In this document: positions 1 through 9,668 of the stretch, one piece after another
How positions within the stretch are numbered: position 1 is the first letter of the stretch
Layout: each line of letters starts with the position of its first letter
Assembly: GCA_965219025.1 (NCBI GenBank)
Contig: OZ244716.1
Span: forward strand, 327,812 to 391,811
Source of the DNA: Dehalococcoidia bacterium
Lineage (GTDB): Bacteria > Chloroflexota > Dehalococcoidia > Lucifugimonadales > UBA2985
Direction of reading: 5' to 3'
Length of the DNA stretch: 64,000 nucleotides
Made by a program: the position numbers and the translations under genes
The notes under the pieces: generated by a model
Seen by the model: only the letters and a program-made list of their open reading frames with translations
Databases searched by the model: none
Told to the model about the DNA's origin: nothing

Positions 1-508
1 TCATCGCGCTCAGCAGCAGGAACTTCATTCCTGCCTCCGTGGAGCGCGAGTCCCTCTGGAAGGCGGCCAGCGCAGCCAGTGGCAGCGACGTCAGCTCCAG
101 CGCAATGTAGATGGAGATCAGGTCCGTGGTCGAGGCCAGCAGCATCATTCCGCTGGCTGAGAAAAGCATCAGGCCGTGGTACTCGCCCGGGAAGAACCGA
201 ATGTTCGACGCGTAGCCAACGGAAGCCATCACGATCAGGCCCACCACGCCCAAGATCAGGAACTTGAAGAACAGGCTGAACTTGTCAACGGCCAGCGTGC
301 CGAAGATTCCGGCCATCTGTGCGTCCGGCCCGCTGCCCAGGTCAGACCAGAGGATAATGCTGAACGCAAGCGGTACCGCCAGGCCCACCACCGAAACGAG
401 GGCCAGCAAGCCCTTGTTTCGAAAGGCCATGTCCACCAGGATGACAACCAACCCCAGAGCCGCCAGTGACAGCTCGGGAGAGAGCAGATATACGTCGTGA
501 AGCGTCAT
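1..508 (-). CDS. nuoN: NADH-quinone oxidoreductase subunit N, N-terminal part (3' end runs off the window)
   Basis: Minus-strand ATG at 508..506 reads MTLHDVYLLSPELSLAALGLVVILVDMAF...SIYIALELTSLPL, a typical NuoN/ND2 N-terminus. It lies 12 nt after the nuoM stop, with no stop before position 1. Confidence 0.85.
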   Translation of the reverse strand, partial: MTLHDVYLLSPELSLAALGLVVILVDMAFRNKGLLALVSVVGLAVPLAFSIILWSDLGSGPDAQMAGIFGTLAVDKFSLFFKFLILGVVGLIVMASVGYASNIRFFPGEYHGLMLFSASGMMLLASTTDLISIYIALELTSLPLAALAAFQRDSRSTEAGMKFLLLSAM

Positions 509-520
509 ATCGATACCCCG

Positions 521-2014
521 CTAGGGGGCTGCCCCCTGCTGAAGCGACGTGACTATGGGCTCCAGGCCCTGGGCGAATACGTCGGACACCAATGCGGGAT
601 ACACGCCCACCACCATGATGGCCGCCACGAGGGCAACCATGGGAACGGCCTCCAGTACGCTGGTATCCCCGACTCCGTCGAAACGGGGCAGCCGCGGGCC
701 GAAGAACGCGCGTTGCAGCATCCACAGTATGTATCCGGCCGTCAGCACAATTGCGAATACAGCAAGCGCGGTGATCCAACCCCAGACCTCGAAGGTACCG
801 AGGAACACGAGAAGCTCAGACACAAAGCCGCTCGTGCCGGGCAACCCAAGCGAGGCCAGGCCGGCGAGAAGGAATACCACGGCGATCACTGGCATGTTGG
901 AGGCCAGCCCTCCCATGTCCGGGATGTGACGCGTGTGCGCCTTCTCGTAAACTAAGCCGACGACAAGGAACAGGAGGCCGGTGATGGTGCCGTGCGTGAA
1001 CATCTGCATGGCTGCGCCCGTCAGCCCCACCGCGTTCACCACTCCACCGGCTCCCACAACGGACGCAATGCCCAGCAGTACGTACCCCATGTGGCTTATG
1101 CTGCTGAATGCCACCAGACGTTTCAGATCGGTCTGGCGAATGGTCACCACAGCGCCGTATAGAATGCTGATGATTGCCAGTCCTGCCAGCACCCAGGCGT
1201 ACTCCTGCGCCCGGCCCGGGAAAATGCCCACCGCCAGCCGGATCATGCCGTATCCGCCCATCTTCAGCAGAACGCCTGCGAGCATTACGCTGACGGCGGT
1301 CGGCGCGTCCGTATGGGCGTCTGGCAGCCACGTGTGAACGGGCCACACCGGCAGCTTGACCGCGAACCCAATGAAGAGGAACGCGAATATCGCGCCGGCC
1401 GGCAGCAGCATCCGCGCGCCCTCCACTCCCTGCAGCTCCACGATGTTGAACGTGCCCGTCGAGAAGTACAGCGCAAGGATGCCCACGAGCATGAAGGCGC
1501 TGCCCAACAGCGTGAAGATGATGAACTTCATGGCGGAGTACTCCCGCCGTCCGCTTCCCCAAAGCGAGATGAGGAAGTACATAGGCAAGAGTTCCAGCTC
1601 CCAGAAAATGAAGAACAGGACGGCGTCCATGGAAACGAACACGCCGGTAACCGCCGTCTGGAGCACCAAGAGCCAGACGAAGTACTCCTTCACGCGCACC
1701 TGGATGTTCCAGGACGCGAAGGCGGCGCACATGCCTAGCAGCGCCGTGAGGAGTACCAGGGGCACGCTCAGTCCGTCCACGCCCAGGTGATAGCGAATGT
1801 CCAGAGCTGCAATCCAGCTCACGTCCTCTACCAGCTCCATGTCGCCCACGCGGTTGAAGTCCTCCACGCGGAACACCACGAAGATGGCGATCGCCAGCGC
1901 AAGCTCCAGTACCGTGACTGCCAAGGCAAACACCTTTATCTGCCTGGCGTCCCTGAGTAGCACCAGGATTATGCCCGCAGCGATTAGAGGAAAGAAGACT
2001 ATCGCAGAAAGCAC
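521..2014 (-). CDS. nuoM: NADH-quinone oxidoreductase subunit M
   Basis: 497-aa polytopic ORF with ND4/NuoM-like sequence (WLPDAHTDAPTAVSVMLAGVLLKMGGYG). Lies between nuoL and nuoN. Confidence 0.95.
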   Translation of the reverse strand: MLSAIVFFPLIAAGIILVLLRDARQIKVFALAVTVLELALAIAIFVVFRVEDFNRVGDMELVEDVSWIAALDIRYHLGVDGLSVPLVLLTALLGMCAAFASWNIQVRVKEYFVWLLVLQTAVTGVFVSMDAVLFFIFWELELLPMYFLISLWGSGRREYSAMKFIIFTLLGSAFMLVGILALYFSTGTFNIVELQGVEGARMLLPAGAIFAFLFIGFAVKLPVWPVHTWLPDAHTDAPTAVSVMLAGVLLKMGGYGMIRLAVGIFPGRAQEYAWVLAGLAIISILYGAVVTIRQTDLKRLVAFSSISHMGYVLLGIASVVGAGGVVNAVGLTGAAMQMFTHGTITGLLFLVVGLVYEKAHTRHIPDMGGLASNMPVIAVVFLLAGLASLGLPGTSGFVSELLVFLGTFEVWGWITALAVFAIVLTAGYILWMLQRAFFGPRLPRFDGVGDTSVLEAVPMVALVAAIMVVGVYPALVSDVFAQGLEPIVTSLQQGAAP

Positions 2015-2036
2015 TCAGCTACCCTCTGTATCGTTC

Positions 2037-4064
2037 TCAATTCCACACCACGAACGCAACAACGATAAGCACGAGGCCCGCGGATATTCCCGCTCCGTAG
2101 GCCTGCACCTGACCCGTCTCCAGCTTGCCAATTGCTCGCCCCAGGTTCCTCCCAAACCATGCTACCACCGTACCTGCCATGTCCACGACGTTCCGGTCTA
2201 TCCAGTCCGTTGCCAGCGCCAGCCCTCGATAGAAGAGCCCGCGGGTGACCACGTCCTCGTAGAGGTTGTCGAAGTAGTACTTGTGCACCGCGGCGGTGTA
2301 CCCCGGCCCCATGCCGGCGGCGACGTCGTCAGGGTCAACGCTGCGCCGGTAGTACATCAGGTACGCCAGACCGATGCCTGCGAGCGCCACCGCGGTCCCC
2401 AGAGCGGCCACCAGCAGGTTGAAATTCGCAGCGTGCAGGGATACCAGCTCCACGTGGTCCAGGAAATCGACGAACCAGTGCGCCGGAATCACTCCCAAGC
2501 CCCACAGCGAGTTCAGAGGATTGGCCACGAAGCCGGATACGACGGACAGGACAGCGAGCACGGCCATTGGGGCCACCATCACCATCGGCGACTCCGCAAG
2601 GTGTACGCCGTGGCCTCCGCCGTTGTGGCCGCCGTGCTCCGCCTCGACGCCGCCCTGGAACTCGCCGTGAAACGTCATGAAGAGCGCCCGGAATATGTAG
2701 AATGCGGTCATGAACGCGGTCACCAGCGCCAAGTAGAACACAATCTGGCCCTGTGCGCCGCCAAAGTTCCATGCGGCGACCAGAATCTCGTCCTTACTCC
2801 AGAAGCCCGCCAGCGGGAAGATGCCACAGATACTCAGCGCGGCAATCAGGAAGGTCACGTAGGTCCAGGGCATTTGCCTCCTCAACCCGCCCATGTACCG
2901 CATGTCGAACGTTCCGGTGGCGTGGTTCACGCTACCGGAGCCAAGGAACAGGAGCGCCTTGAAGAAGGCATGGTTGAACAAGTGGAAGATCGCCGCCTCG
3001 TATGCGCCAACGCCCAACGCCAGCATCATGTACCCCAGCTGGCTCACGGTGGAGTACGCGAGGACGCGCTTGATGTCGAACATAACAAGGCCCATCGTGG
3101 CCGCGAAGAACGCCGTGAATGCTCCGATCGCCGCCACAACTCCCATCGCCGTGGTGGAGGCCTCGAAGAGCGGGAAGAAGCGCGCCACCAGGAACACGCC
3201 CGCAACCACCATGGTGGCCGCGTGGATGAGCGCGCTGACCGGCGTGGGGCCTTCCATGGCGTCCGGGAGCCAGACGTGCAGCGGGAATTGCGCCGACTTG
3301 CCCACCGCGCCGGCGAATATGCCCAGCGCAACCCACGTCGCGACTCCGCTGCCCATGGCCACTATCTGCGCGCCTGCAAGTTCGCCTCCCTGGGCCAGCA
3401 GGTTGATGTGCCCGATCTCGAACGGGTTGAGGCCCTGGCTCAGGAACGCCTCCCGGTTGAAGAACAGGTACAGAATGGCCAGCATGAAGCCCACGTCTCC
3501 CACTCTTGTGACCAGGAAGGCCTTCTTTGCCGCTGCAGCGGCGGACGGCCTGTCGTGCCAGAAGCCGATGAGCAAGTAGGAGGAGAGACCCACGAGCTCC
3601 CAGAATACGTACACCTGTATGATGTTGCGGGACAGAACCAGCCCCAGCATGGACGCCGTGAACAGCGACATGAAGGCGAAGTAACGGGAGTACCCTGAGT
3701 CGCGTTGCTTCTTCCCGTCGATTACGGGCTCCAGATAAGCCTGCGAGTAGATCTGCACGGCAAGGCTGACGCCGCTGACCACAACCAGCATGATGGCCGT
3801 GAGCGGGTCCATGAGGATGCCGAGGCTTATGTCCAGGTTGCCGACTACAATCCAGGAGTGAGCCGCCCACCCGATCTCGCCCTCGCCGCTTGCGACCTCG
3901 GCCAGTGCCACGAGGGAGAGCACGAACGCGGCGCCGATCGCCAGGATCGTCACGTAGCCGCTCAGGCTGTCGTGGCGGTTCAGGAACGGCCTGATCACGA
4001 GCGCGATGACAAGGAATGAGGCCAAAGGAAGAAACAGGATGGCCCATGCTGCTCCTTCGGTCAT
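2037..4064 (-). CDS. nuoL: NADH-quinone oxidoreductase subunit L
   Basis: 675-aa ORF with ND5/NuoL-like sequence (WLPDAMEGPTPVSALIHAATMVVAGVFL) and long C-terminal helices. Confidence 0.95.
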   Translation of the reverse strand: MTEGAAWAILFLPLASFLVIALVIRPFLNRHDSLSGYVTILAIGAAFVLSLVALAEVASGEGEIGWAAHSWIVVGNLDISLGILMDPLTAIMLVVVSGVSLAVQIYSQAYLEPVIDGKKQRDSGYSRYFAFMSLFTASMLGLVLSRNIIQVYVFWELVGLSSYLLIGFWHDRPSAAAAAKKAFLVTRVGDVGFMLAILYLFFNREAFLSQGLNPFEIGHINLLAQGGELAGAQIVAMGSGVATWVALGIFAGAVGKSAQFPLHVWLPDAMEGPTPVSALIHAATMVVAGVFLVARFFPLFEASTTAMGVVAAIGAFTAFFAATMGLVMFDIKRVLAYSTVSQLGYMMLALGVGAYEAAIFHLFNHAFFKALLFLGSGSVNHATGTFDMRYMGGLRRQMPWTYVTFLIAALSICGIFPLAGFWSKDEILVAAWNFGGAQGQIVFYLALVTAFMTAFYIFRALFMTFHGEFQGGVEAEHGGHNGGGHGVHLAESPMVMVAPMAVLAVLSVVSGFVANPLNSLWGLGVIPAHWFVDFLDHVELVSLHAANFNLLVAALGTAVALAGIGLAYLMYYRRSVDPDDVAAGMGPGYTAAVHKYYFDNLYEDVVTRGLFYRGLALATDWIDRNVVDMAGTVVAWFGRNLGRAIGKLETGQVQAYGAGISAGLVLIVVAFVVWN

Positions 4065-4122
4065 GATGCTGCTATGCCGCTCCCTTGATCATTATCAGAC
4101 GTCACTCCGCAAGAATCGCGCC

Positions 4123-4317
4123 CTAGAGCTTGCGCAGAATCTCCTCTGCAACGTGTTCCCTGCCCCGCGGCACCATGACCCGGTAGGGAACTCGCTCGCC
4201 CCAGGAGAGGATGTCGCCCTCGGGCAGAATCTGCGCGGGCAAGCCCTCTCCCTCCAGGAGCTCCTTCCACATCTCCGCGATCATCAGGTTTGGCGCCTTC
4301 TTGAAATCAACCCACAT
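4123..4317 (-). CDS. small DUF2007-like (putative signal-transducing) protein inserted in the nuo operon
   Basis: 64-aa ORF MWVDFKKAPNLMIAEMWKELLEGEGLPAQILPEG...YRVMVPRGREHVAEEILRKL. The pattern resembles DUF2007 small proteins. It is tightly packed between nuoK and nuoL on the same strand. Confidence 0.5.
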   Translation of the reverse strand: MWVDFKKAPNLMIAEMWKELLEGEGLPAQILPEGDILSWGERVPYRVMVPRGREHVAEEILRKL

Positions 4318-4323
4318 TGCGTA

Positions 4324-4722
4324 CTAACCACTCATCATATTTGCCTGCGTAACATCAACCGTGGAGCGGTTGCGGTACATGGCGATAACGATACCCAGAC
4401 CAAGCGCCACCTCCGCGGCGGCTATGGTAATGATGAACACAGCGAATATGTGCCCGGTTAGCAGGCTGCTCAGCACCGTCTCGCCGAGCGCGACTCCCTC
4501 CGTCATCATAGCGTTCGCCACCTCAGCCTCGGCGCCGGCCGGGTCGACCGCTATCCTCTGCGGCACCACATACCGGCTGAACGCCAGCAGCGCAATGTTG
4601 ACGGCGTTGAACATCAGCTCAATGGACATGAGGACCGTAATCACGTTCCTCTTCGAAAGCGCCCCGTACAGCCCGATGCTGAAGATGACGGCCGATACCA
4701 GAAGGAAGTTCTCCAGGCTCAG
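4324..4722 (-). CDS. nuoK: NADH-quinone oxidoreductase subunit K (CTG start inferred)
   Basis: The track ORF starts at GTG 4644, but the same frame is open upstream and encodes LSLENFLLVSAVIFSIGLYGALSKRN, which is NuoK TM1. The only start-like codon after the upstream in-frame TGA is CTG 4722..4720, which overlaps the nuoJ stop (cCTGA). GGAGG lies 7 nt upstream. Confidence 0.85.
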   Translation of the reverse strand: MSLENFLLVSAVIFSIGLYGALSKRNVITVLMSIELMFNAVNIALLAFSRYVVPQRIAVDPAGAEAEVANAMMTEGVALGETVLSSLLTGHIFAVFIITIAAAEVALGLGIVIAMYRNRSTVDVTQANMMSG

Positions 4723-5285
4723 GACTCACCCTCCCTCTCCCGCACCAGGGCAAGCGCGCCTATCACCGCCGCCAGCAGCACCACGGAGGCCGCCTCCATG
4801 GGCAGTACGAAGTCCTGTAGGAGAAGCCTTGCGATGACCTGCGTGGTGTCGCCGAACACGTCCCGGATGCCCTCTTCCGTGTGGCTGGGATCGACCGCCG
4901 CTGACTCGCCGGGCGCAACTGCGAAGCCCAGGTCGCCCCACTCGTTCCAGTCGGTGACCACAACGGCAAAGGCAATGGCCGCGAACACCAGCCCCGATAG
5001 CAGCAGCGCCGGCAACTGGAATCGGTTGGATGGATTGCCATCCTGCGAATTCCGCGTGAGCATTATGGCGAAGATGATGAGGACCGAAATGGCGCCCACG
5101 TACACCAGCACCTGCACCACGGCAAGGAACTCGGCGTTGAGCAGGACGAACAGCCCTGCAACCACCAGAAAGGAAACAACCAGGAACAGGGCCGCCCTGA
5201 AGATGTCCCTCTCAGATACCACGGCCAGCGCGGAGATTGTCCCCACCGCGGCCAGGCCCCAGAAGGCAATGTCCAGGGGAAACAT
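4719..5285 (-). CDS. nuoJ: NADH-quinone oxidoreductase subunit J
   Basis: 188-aa membrane ORF, ND6/NuoJ-like, in operon position between nuoI and nuoK. Confidence 0.9.
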   Translation of the reverse strand: MFPLDIAFWGLAAVGTISALAVVSERDIFRAALFLVVSFLVVAGLFVLLNAEFLAVVQVLVYVGAISVLIIFAIMLTRNSQDGNPSNRFQLPALLLSGLVFAAIAFAVVVTDWNEWGDLGFAVAPGESAAVDPSHTEEGIRDVFGDTTQVIARLLLQDFVLPMEAASVVLLAAVIGALALVREREGES

Positions 5286-5786
5286 CTAGCGGCCAACCTC
5301 TTCCCATGAGAGGGGCTCCCCGCCCTGAGGGCGGTAGTCACGCTCTTCCAGCTGGGGCCGGAACCAGGTGCTGGGTCGCTTTTCGGCACTTCGAAGTTCG
5401 TCCACCGTGATGATCAGATCGTCGCGGCGGTACTGCCCACGCTCGAAGCCGCTGCCCATGAACAGCGCGTCGTAGGGGCAGGCTTCCACGCACAGGCCGC
5501 AGAACATGCACCGCCCGATGTCGATGTCGAATACGTCGATGGCGTAGGACTCGCCCTCCTGCACGTTGGTGCCGCCCGGATGCGTCTCGATCCGTATGAT
5601 TCCTAGCGGGCAGTACTTGGCGCAGCTTGCGCAACCCGTGCACCTCTCTTCGTACCACACGAACTCCTCGCCTCGGAAGCGGGGCGACTGCGGCACCGCC
5701 TCCTCCGGGTACTGGACCGTGAACGGCTTTCTGAACAGGTTGGTCATCGTGACCATGAGTCCCTTTGCGATTCCTAGACCATACAT
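5286..5786 (-). CDS. nuoI: NADH-quinone oxidoreductase subunit I (2x[4Fe-4S] ferredoxin)
   Basis: Two CxxCxxCxxxCP motifs (CTGCASCAKYCP, CMFCGLCVEACP) and operon position. Confidence 0.95.
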   Translation of the reverse strand: MYGLGIAKGLMVTMTNLFRKPFTVQYPEEAVPQSPRFRGEEFVWYEERCTGCASCAKYCPLGIIRIETHPGGTNVQEGESYAIDVFDIDIGRCMFCGLCVEACPYDALFMGSGFERGQYRRDDLIITVDELRSAEKRPSTWFRPQLEERDYRPQGGEPLSWEEVGR

Positions 5787-5787
5787 G

Positions 5788-7005
5788 TCATCTGGCCTCC
5801 TGCGCTCGACCGCTAGATCTTCCAGGCACCGGAGCCAGCGGCGCTCGAGTGCTGAGCTTGTCTGAAATCAGGTGCGAGGACGCAACCAGGCACGCCAGAG
5901 CGACCACCCAGTTGATGCCTCCCATCAGCCACAGCTGAGCGATGGTGGGCTCTTCCCAGATCAACAGCTGACCCGCCGTAATGAACAGGTTGATGAGCCC
6001 CAGAGGGAACAGGAACTTCCACGCCAGTGCCATTATCTGGTCCACTCGCAGCCTTGGCAGCGTGGCCCTGACCCAGAGCAGCACGAACCATACGGCCCAC
6101 ACCTTGATGAAGAACCACAGTTCCGAGGGCAGTACCGGTCCATCCCAGCCCTTGAGGAACAGCGTGGTTACGATGGACGCAGCGCCGAACGGGGCGATGA
6201 ACTCCGCCAGCTGGAACGTGCCCCACTTCATGCCGCTGTACTCCGTGTGGAACCCCGCCACCAGCTCCGAGTCCGCCTCCACGATGTCGAACGGCGAGCG
6301 GTTCATCTCCGCCGAAATCGCCACCATGAAGATGAAGAACCCCAGCGGCTGGATCAGTATGAAGGGCACTCGCTGGCTATCGACTATGTCCACGAGCGAA
6401 AGCGAGCCGGCCAGCAGCAGAACGCCGACGATCGACAGCACCAGCGGCACCTCGTAGCTGACCAGCTGCGCGACTCCGCGCATGGCGCCAAACAGCGAGT
6501 ACCGGTTGCCAGAGCCCCAGCCGGCCATGAACATGGCGATCGTTGGCACGGTGGTCACGGCGATAATGTAGAGAATGCCGATGTTGAGGTTGGCGATGTA
6601 GGTGTTCTCGCCGAACGGGATGACGGCGAAGACCAGGAGAGGACCCAGTATGAAGACGAGGGGCGCGAGGTTGAACACCCAGCCGTCCACGCCCTCCGGC
6701 CTGGTGTCCTCCTTGGTGAGCAGCTTCAGCGCGTCCGCAATGGGAGTGAATAGACCAAACGGGCCCCACCGGTTGGGGCCGAGCCTCGACTGGAACCGCC
6801 CAATGACCCGGCGCTCCACCCAGGTGCCCAAGGTGGTCACAAGAACCACTATGTTTATCACGATGAATATTATCAGGAAGCCCGCGATGCAGTACGCGAG
6901 CCACTGCGGAATCAGTGACACGCCAAAGACGTTCAACCCCGCGAAGAAGTCGTAGAGGTTGCCGAAGAAGGCGTTGGCCTCTCTGAATGGGGTGTAGCCT
7001 CCCAT
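5788..7005 (-). CDS. nuoH: NADH-quinone oxidoreductase subunit H
   Basis: 405-aa polytopic ORF, ND1/NuoH-like (RRVIGRFQSRLGPNRWGPFGL; EYSGMKW). Confidence 0.95.
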   Translation of the reverse strand: MGGYTPFREANAFFGNLYDFFAGLNVFGVSLIPQWLAYCIAGFLIIFIVINIVVLVTTLGTWVERRVIGRFQSRLGPNRWGPFGLFTPIADALKLLTKEDTRPEGVDGWVFNLAPLVFILGPLLVFAVIPFGENTYIANLNIGILYIIAVTTVPTIAMFMAGWGSGNRYSLFGAMRGVAQLVSYEVPLVLSIVGVLLLAGSLSLVDIVDSQRVPFILIQPLGFFIFMVAISAEMNRSPFDIVEADSELVAGFHTEYSGMKWGTFQLAEFIAPFGAASIVTTLFLKGWDGPVLPSELWFFIKVWAVWFVLLWVRATLPRLRVDQIMALAWKFLFPLGLINLFITAGQLLIWEEPTIAQLWLMGGINWVVALACLVASSHLISDKLSTRAPLAPVPGRSSGRAQEAR

Positions 7006-7007
7006 GT

Positions 7008-8111
7008 CTACCGGTCCACCTCACCCATGTTGATGTCGATGCTGCCGAACGTGACGATCATGTCGGCCAGCTTCCAGCCAATGAGGATGTCCCGCAGCAC
7101 GGTCAGGTTGATGAGCGACGGCGACCGAATCTTGCACCTGTAAGGAGCGATGCTTCCGTCGCTCACCAGGTAGAAGCCCAGCTCGCCTTTGGGCGATTCC
7201 ACGTGGGCGTAGGCGTCGCCCGCGGGAGGCCGCACCAGATTGGGAATCCTCTCGCGGACCGGGCCTTCCGGTATCTGGTCCACGCACTGCTGGATGATGC
7301 GCAGCGATTGCCTCATCTCCGCGATGCGAAGCAGGTAGCGGTCGTAGTTGTCGCCGAAAGTGCCAACCGGTATGTCGAAATCCAGCCGGTCGTATATGTC
7401 GTAGGGGTCCGCCTTGCGCAGGTCCCAGTTCACGCCGGCGGAGCGGAGCACGGGGCCGCTGGCGGAGCAGTTGATGGCCGTCTCGCCGGTCAGCACGCCG
7501 ATGTTCTTGGTGCGGGACAGGAGTATCTCGTTACCCGTGAGCAGCTTCTCGTACTCGTCGATGTACTCGGGCATGAAGACCAGGAAGTCACGAATGGCGG
7601 TCCAGAACTCCGCCGGCGCGTCCTGGAACACGCCGCCAACGCGCATGTAGGTCAGCGTGATGCGTGCGCCGCAGAGCATCTCGAACATGTCGAGTATCTT
7701 CTCCCGCTCCCGGAAGCAGTACATGAGAGGCGTTGCCAGAGCGCCCAGGTCGTTCAGGAAGAACCCCGTGGCCACCAGGTGGCTCGCAATGCGTTGAAGC
7801 TCCGCGGCGATGACTCGGAGGTACATGGCACGTTCAGGCGGGCGTATGCCGGACAGCTTCTCCACGGCCAGCACGTAGGCCAGGTTGTTGGACATGGAGG
7901 CAACGTAGTCCAGTCGGTCGGTCAGGGTGACCACCTGGGCGTAGGTACGCTCCTCGGCCAGCTTCTCCGAGCCCCGGTGCAGGTAGCCGACTACGGGCTC
8001 CACGTCCAGGATGATCTCACCGTCGAATGTTATGCGCATTCGAAAAACGCCGTGAGTGCTGGGGTGCTGTGGCCCCAGATTAAGGGTTACCGGCTCGGTG
8101 CGAATCGTCAT
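7008..8111 (-). CDS. nuoD: NADH-quinone oxidoreductase subunit D
   Basis: NLGPQHPSTHGVFRMRI...GYLHRGSEKL signature, 367 aa. Confidence 0.95.
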   Translation of the reverse strand: MTIRTEPVTLNLGPQHPSTHGVFRMRITFDGEIILDVEPVVGYLHRGSEKLAEERTYAQVVTLTDRLDYVASMSNNLAYVLAVEKLSGIRPPERAMYLRVIAAELQRIASHLVATGFFLNDLGALATPLMYCFREREKILDMFEMLCGARITLTYMRVGGVFQDAPAEFWTAIRDFLVFMPEYIDEYEKLLTGNEILLSRTKNIGVLTGETAINCSASGPVLRSAGVNWDLRKADPYDIYDRLDFDIPVGTFGDNYDRYLLRIAEMRQSLRIIQQCVDQIPEGPVRERIPNLVRPPAGDAYAHVESPKGELGFYLVSDGSIAPYRCKIRSPSLINLTVLRDILIGWKLADMIVTFGSIDINMGEVDR

Positions 8112-8148
8112 CTGTCGCTTCTGCTCCGGGAATGTAGCTCCGGGGATG

Positions 8149-8601
8149 CTACCTGGGAGCCTCCAGATAGTCCTTGCGCTGGGGATGGCCGGGATAGCCC
8201 TCCCACAGCATCAATCGCTTGAGGTTTATGTGGCCCGTAAAGCGGACGCCCATCAGATCGTAGACCTCCCGTTCCTGGAAGTCCGCGCCCTGCCACAGGC
8301 CCGTCACCGAGGGCACGTTCGGATCCTCCCTGCCCCAGCACCTGGCCTTCACCACCGCGCCGTGGTTGTGGGCAGTCGACACCAGGTGGTACACCACCTC
8401 GAAGTGCTCAATGTAGTCAACGGCGGAGACGGAGATCAAGTAGTCGAACTTGAGGTCCGGGTCGTCCTTCAGGAAGCTGCACACGTCCGCCACGGACTCG
8501 GCCCTGACCCAGACGTCCCGCTCGTTGGACTCCTCCACCGCGCCCGGGACGGAGTCAGCCAGGCGGCTCGCAAGCAGGTCTGCGCTCAGGGTCACTGTCA
8601 T
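8149..8601 (-). CDS. nuoC: NADH-quinone oxidoreductase subunit C
   Basis: 150-aa ORF between nuoB and nuoD with a 30-kDa-subunit-like core (FDYLISVSAVDY, FEVVYHL). Confidence 0.9.
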   Translation of the reverse strand: MTVTLSADLLASRLADSVPGAVEESNERDVWVRAESVADVCSFLKDDPDLKFDYLISVSAVDYIEHFEVVYHLVSTAHNHGAVVKARCWGREDPNVPSVTGLWQGADFQEREVYDLMGVRFTGHINLKRLMLWEGYPGHPQRKDYLEAPR

Positions 8602-9249
8602 CTACGCACCCGCGGCATTGCCGAACAGGCTGTACTTCTTAATCTTCTCGTGGAGCTGCATGATGCCGTACAGGAGAGCGTCCGGCCTCGGCGGGCAGCC
8701 CGGGACGTAGACGTCCACCGGCACGATGCGGTTGACACCAGGCACAACGCTGTAACCCTGGTAGTACGGACCGCCGCTGGTGGCGCAGACGCCCATGGAG
8801 ATCACCCACTTGGGCTCCGGCATCTGGTCGTAGAGTCGACGGATGGCCGGCGCCATCTTCCACGTCACCGTGCCTGCCACAATCATCAGGTCGGCCTGCC
8901 TGGGCGAGGCGCGCATGGCCTCCATGCCGAAGCGCGAGATGTCGAACCTGGACATCGCGCTCGCGATCATCTCGAAGGCGCAGCACGCAAGCCCGAACGT
9001 CATCGGAAACACGGACGACTTGCGGCTCCAGTTCAGGAGGGCGTCCACGGAGGTGACGACCACGTTCCGCTCGAATTCCGGATCAACCTGGATGGAGTCG
9101 CGGGCGAACGGCTCAAGGTGCGTGGCCTTCATGTCGTTGATGACCGCTCCCTCCTCGCGGTCAATGTCCCAGGTGGTTGCGTACAGGGGCACGGTCACTC
9201 CGGGCACCTGCGCCCCGGAAGCGCTCCCAGGCTGCATATCAAGCGACAT
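8602..9249 (-). CDS. nuoB: NADH-quinone oxidoreductase subunit B
   Basis: [13 protein letters not shown]...[10 protein letters not shown]...[11 protein letters not shown], the N2 cluster ligands. The N-terminal extension is longer than usual. Confidence 0.95.
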   Translation of the reverse strand: MSLDMQPGSASGAQVPGVTVPLYATTWDIDREEGAVINDMKATHLEPFARDSIQVDPEFERNVVVTSVDALLNWSRKSSVFPMTFGLACCAFEMIASAMSRFDISRFGMEAMRASPRQADLMIVAGTVTWKMAPAIRRLYDQMPEPKWVISMGVCATSGGPYYQGYSVVPGVNRIVPVDVYVPGCPPRPDALLYGIMQLHEKIKKYSLFGNAAGA

Positions 9250-9252
9250 GTG

Positions 9253-9636
9253 CTACCTCCACTCCAGAGCCTTGTACCTCCACGCGTAGGCCCAACCCAC
9301 CACCAGGATCAGGATAAAGACCAGCATCTCCACGAAGGCGAACAGTCCAAGCTGTTTGAAGTGAACGGCCCAGGGATAGATGAATATCGTCTCAACGTCA
9401 AAGATTACGAAAAGAATGGCGAACATGTAGTAGCGGAAGTTGAACTGCGGCCAGCGGTCTCCTATGAGTTCCATGCCGCACTCGTAGGGGCTCCTCTTGG
9501 TCTCGGTGGGCTTGTGGGGACGAACGCGAATGTAGGAGAACAGCCAAGATACCACGAGCAGCGTGCCCGGCAGCACCACCGCTACAACGGTGAAGACGGC
9601 GATGAGGCCGTACTGGCGGAAATAGTCCTCAAGCAC
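9253..9636 (-). CDS. nuoA: NADH-quinone oxidoreductase subunit A
   Basis: SPYECGME motif. The track start at 9678 overlaps the promoter. GTG 9636 ([15 protein letters not shown]...) has GGAGG 9 nt upstream and gives the usual ~127 aa. Confidence 0.85.
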   Translation of the reverse strand: MLEDYFRQYGLIAVFTVVAVVLPGTLLVVSWLFSYIRVRPHKPTETKRSPYECGMELIGDRWPQFNFRYYMFAILFVIFDVETIFIYPWAVHFKQLGLFAFVEMLVFILILVVGWAYAWRYKALEWR

Positions 9637-9668
9637 AGGCCATTGCCTCCGCGTCAAACATCGGAAGG

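Noticed and set aside
1797-3698. 633-aa plus-strand ORF. Similar long ORFs occur at 6987..8222, 8056..9675, 18881..20404, 30536..32365, 40058..41239 and 41085..42758.
   Set aside because: Each lies antisense to, or out of frame with, a clearly homologous gene (nuoL, nuoD, nuoB/C, SDR epimerase, sdhA-like, citrate synthase, PrpD). Their translations are Arg/Gly/His/Pro-rich low-complexity strings, typical of shadow ORFs in GC-rich DNA.
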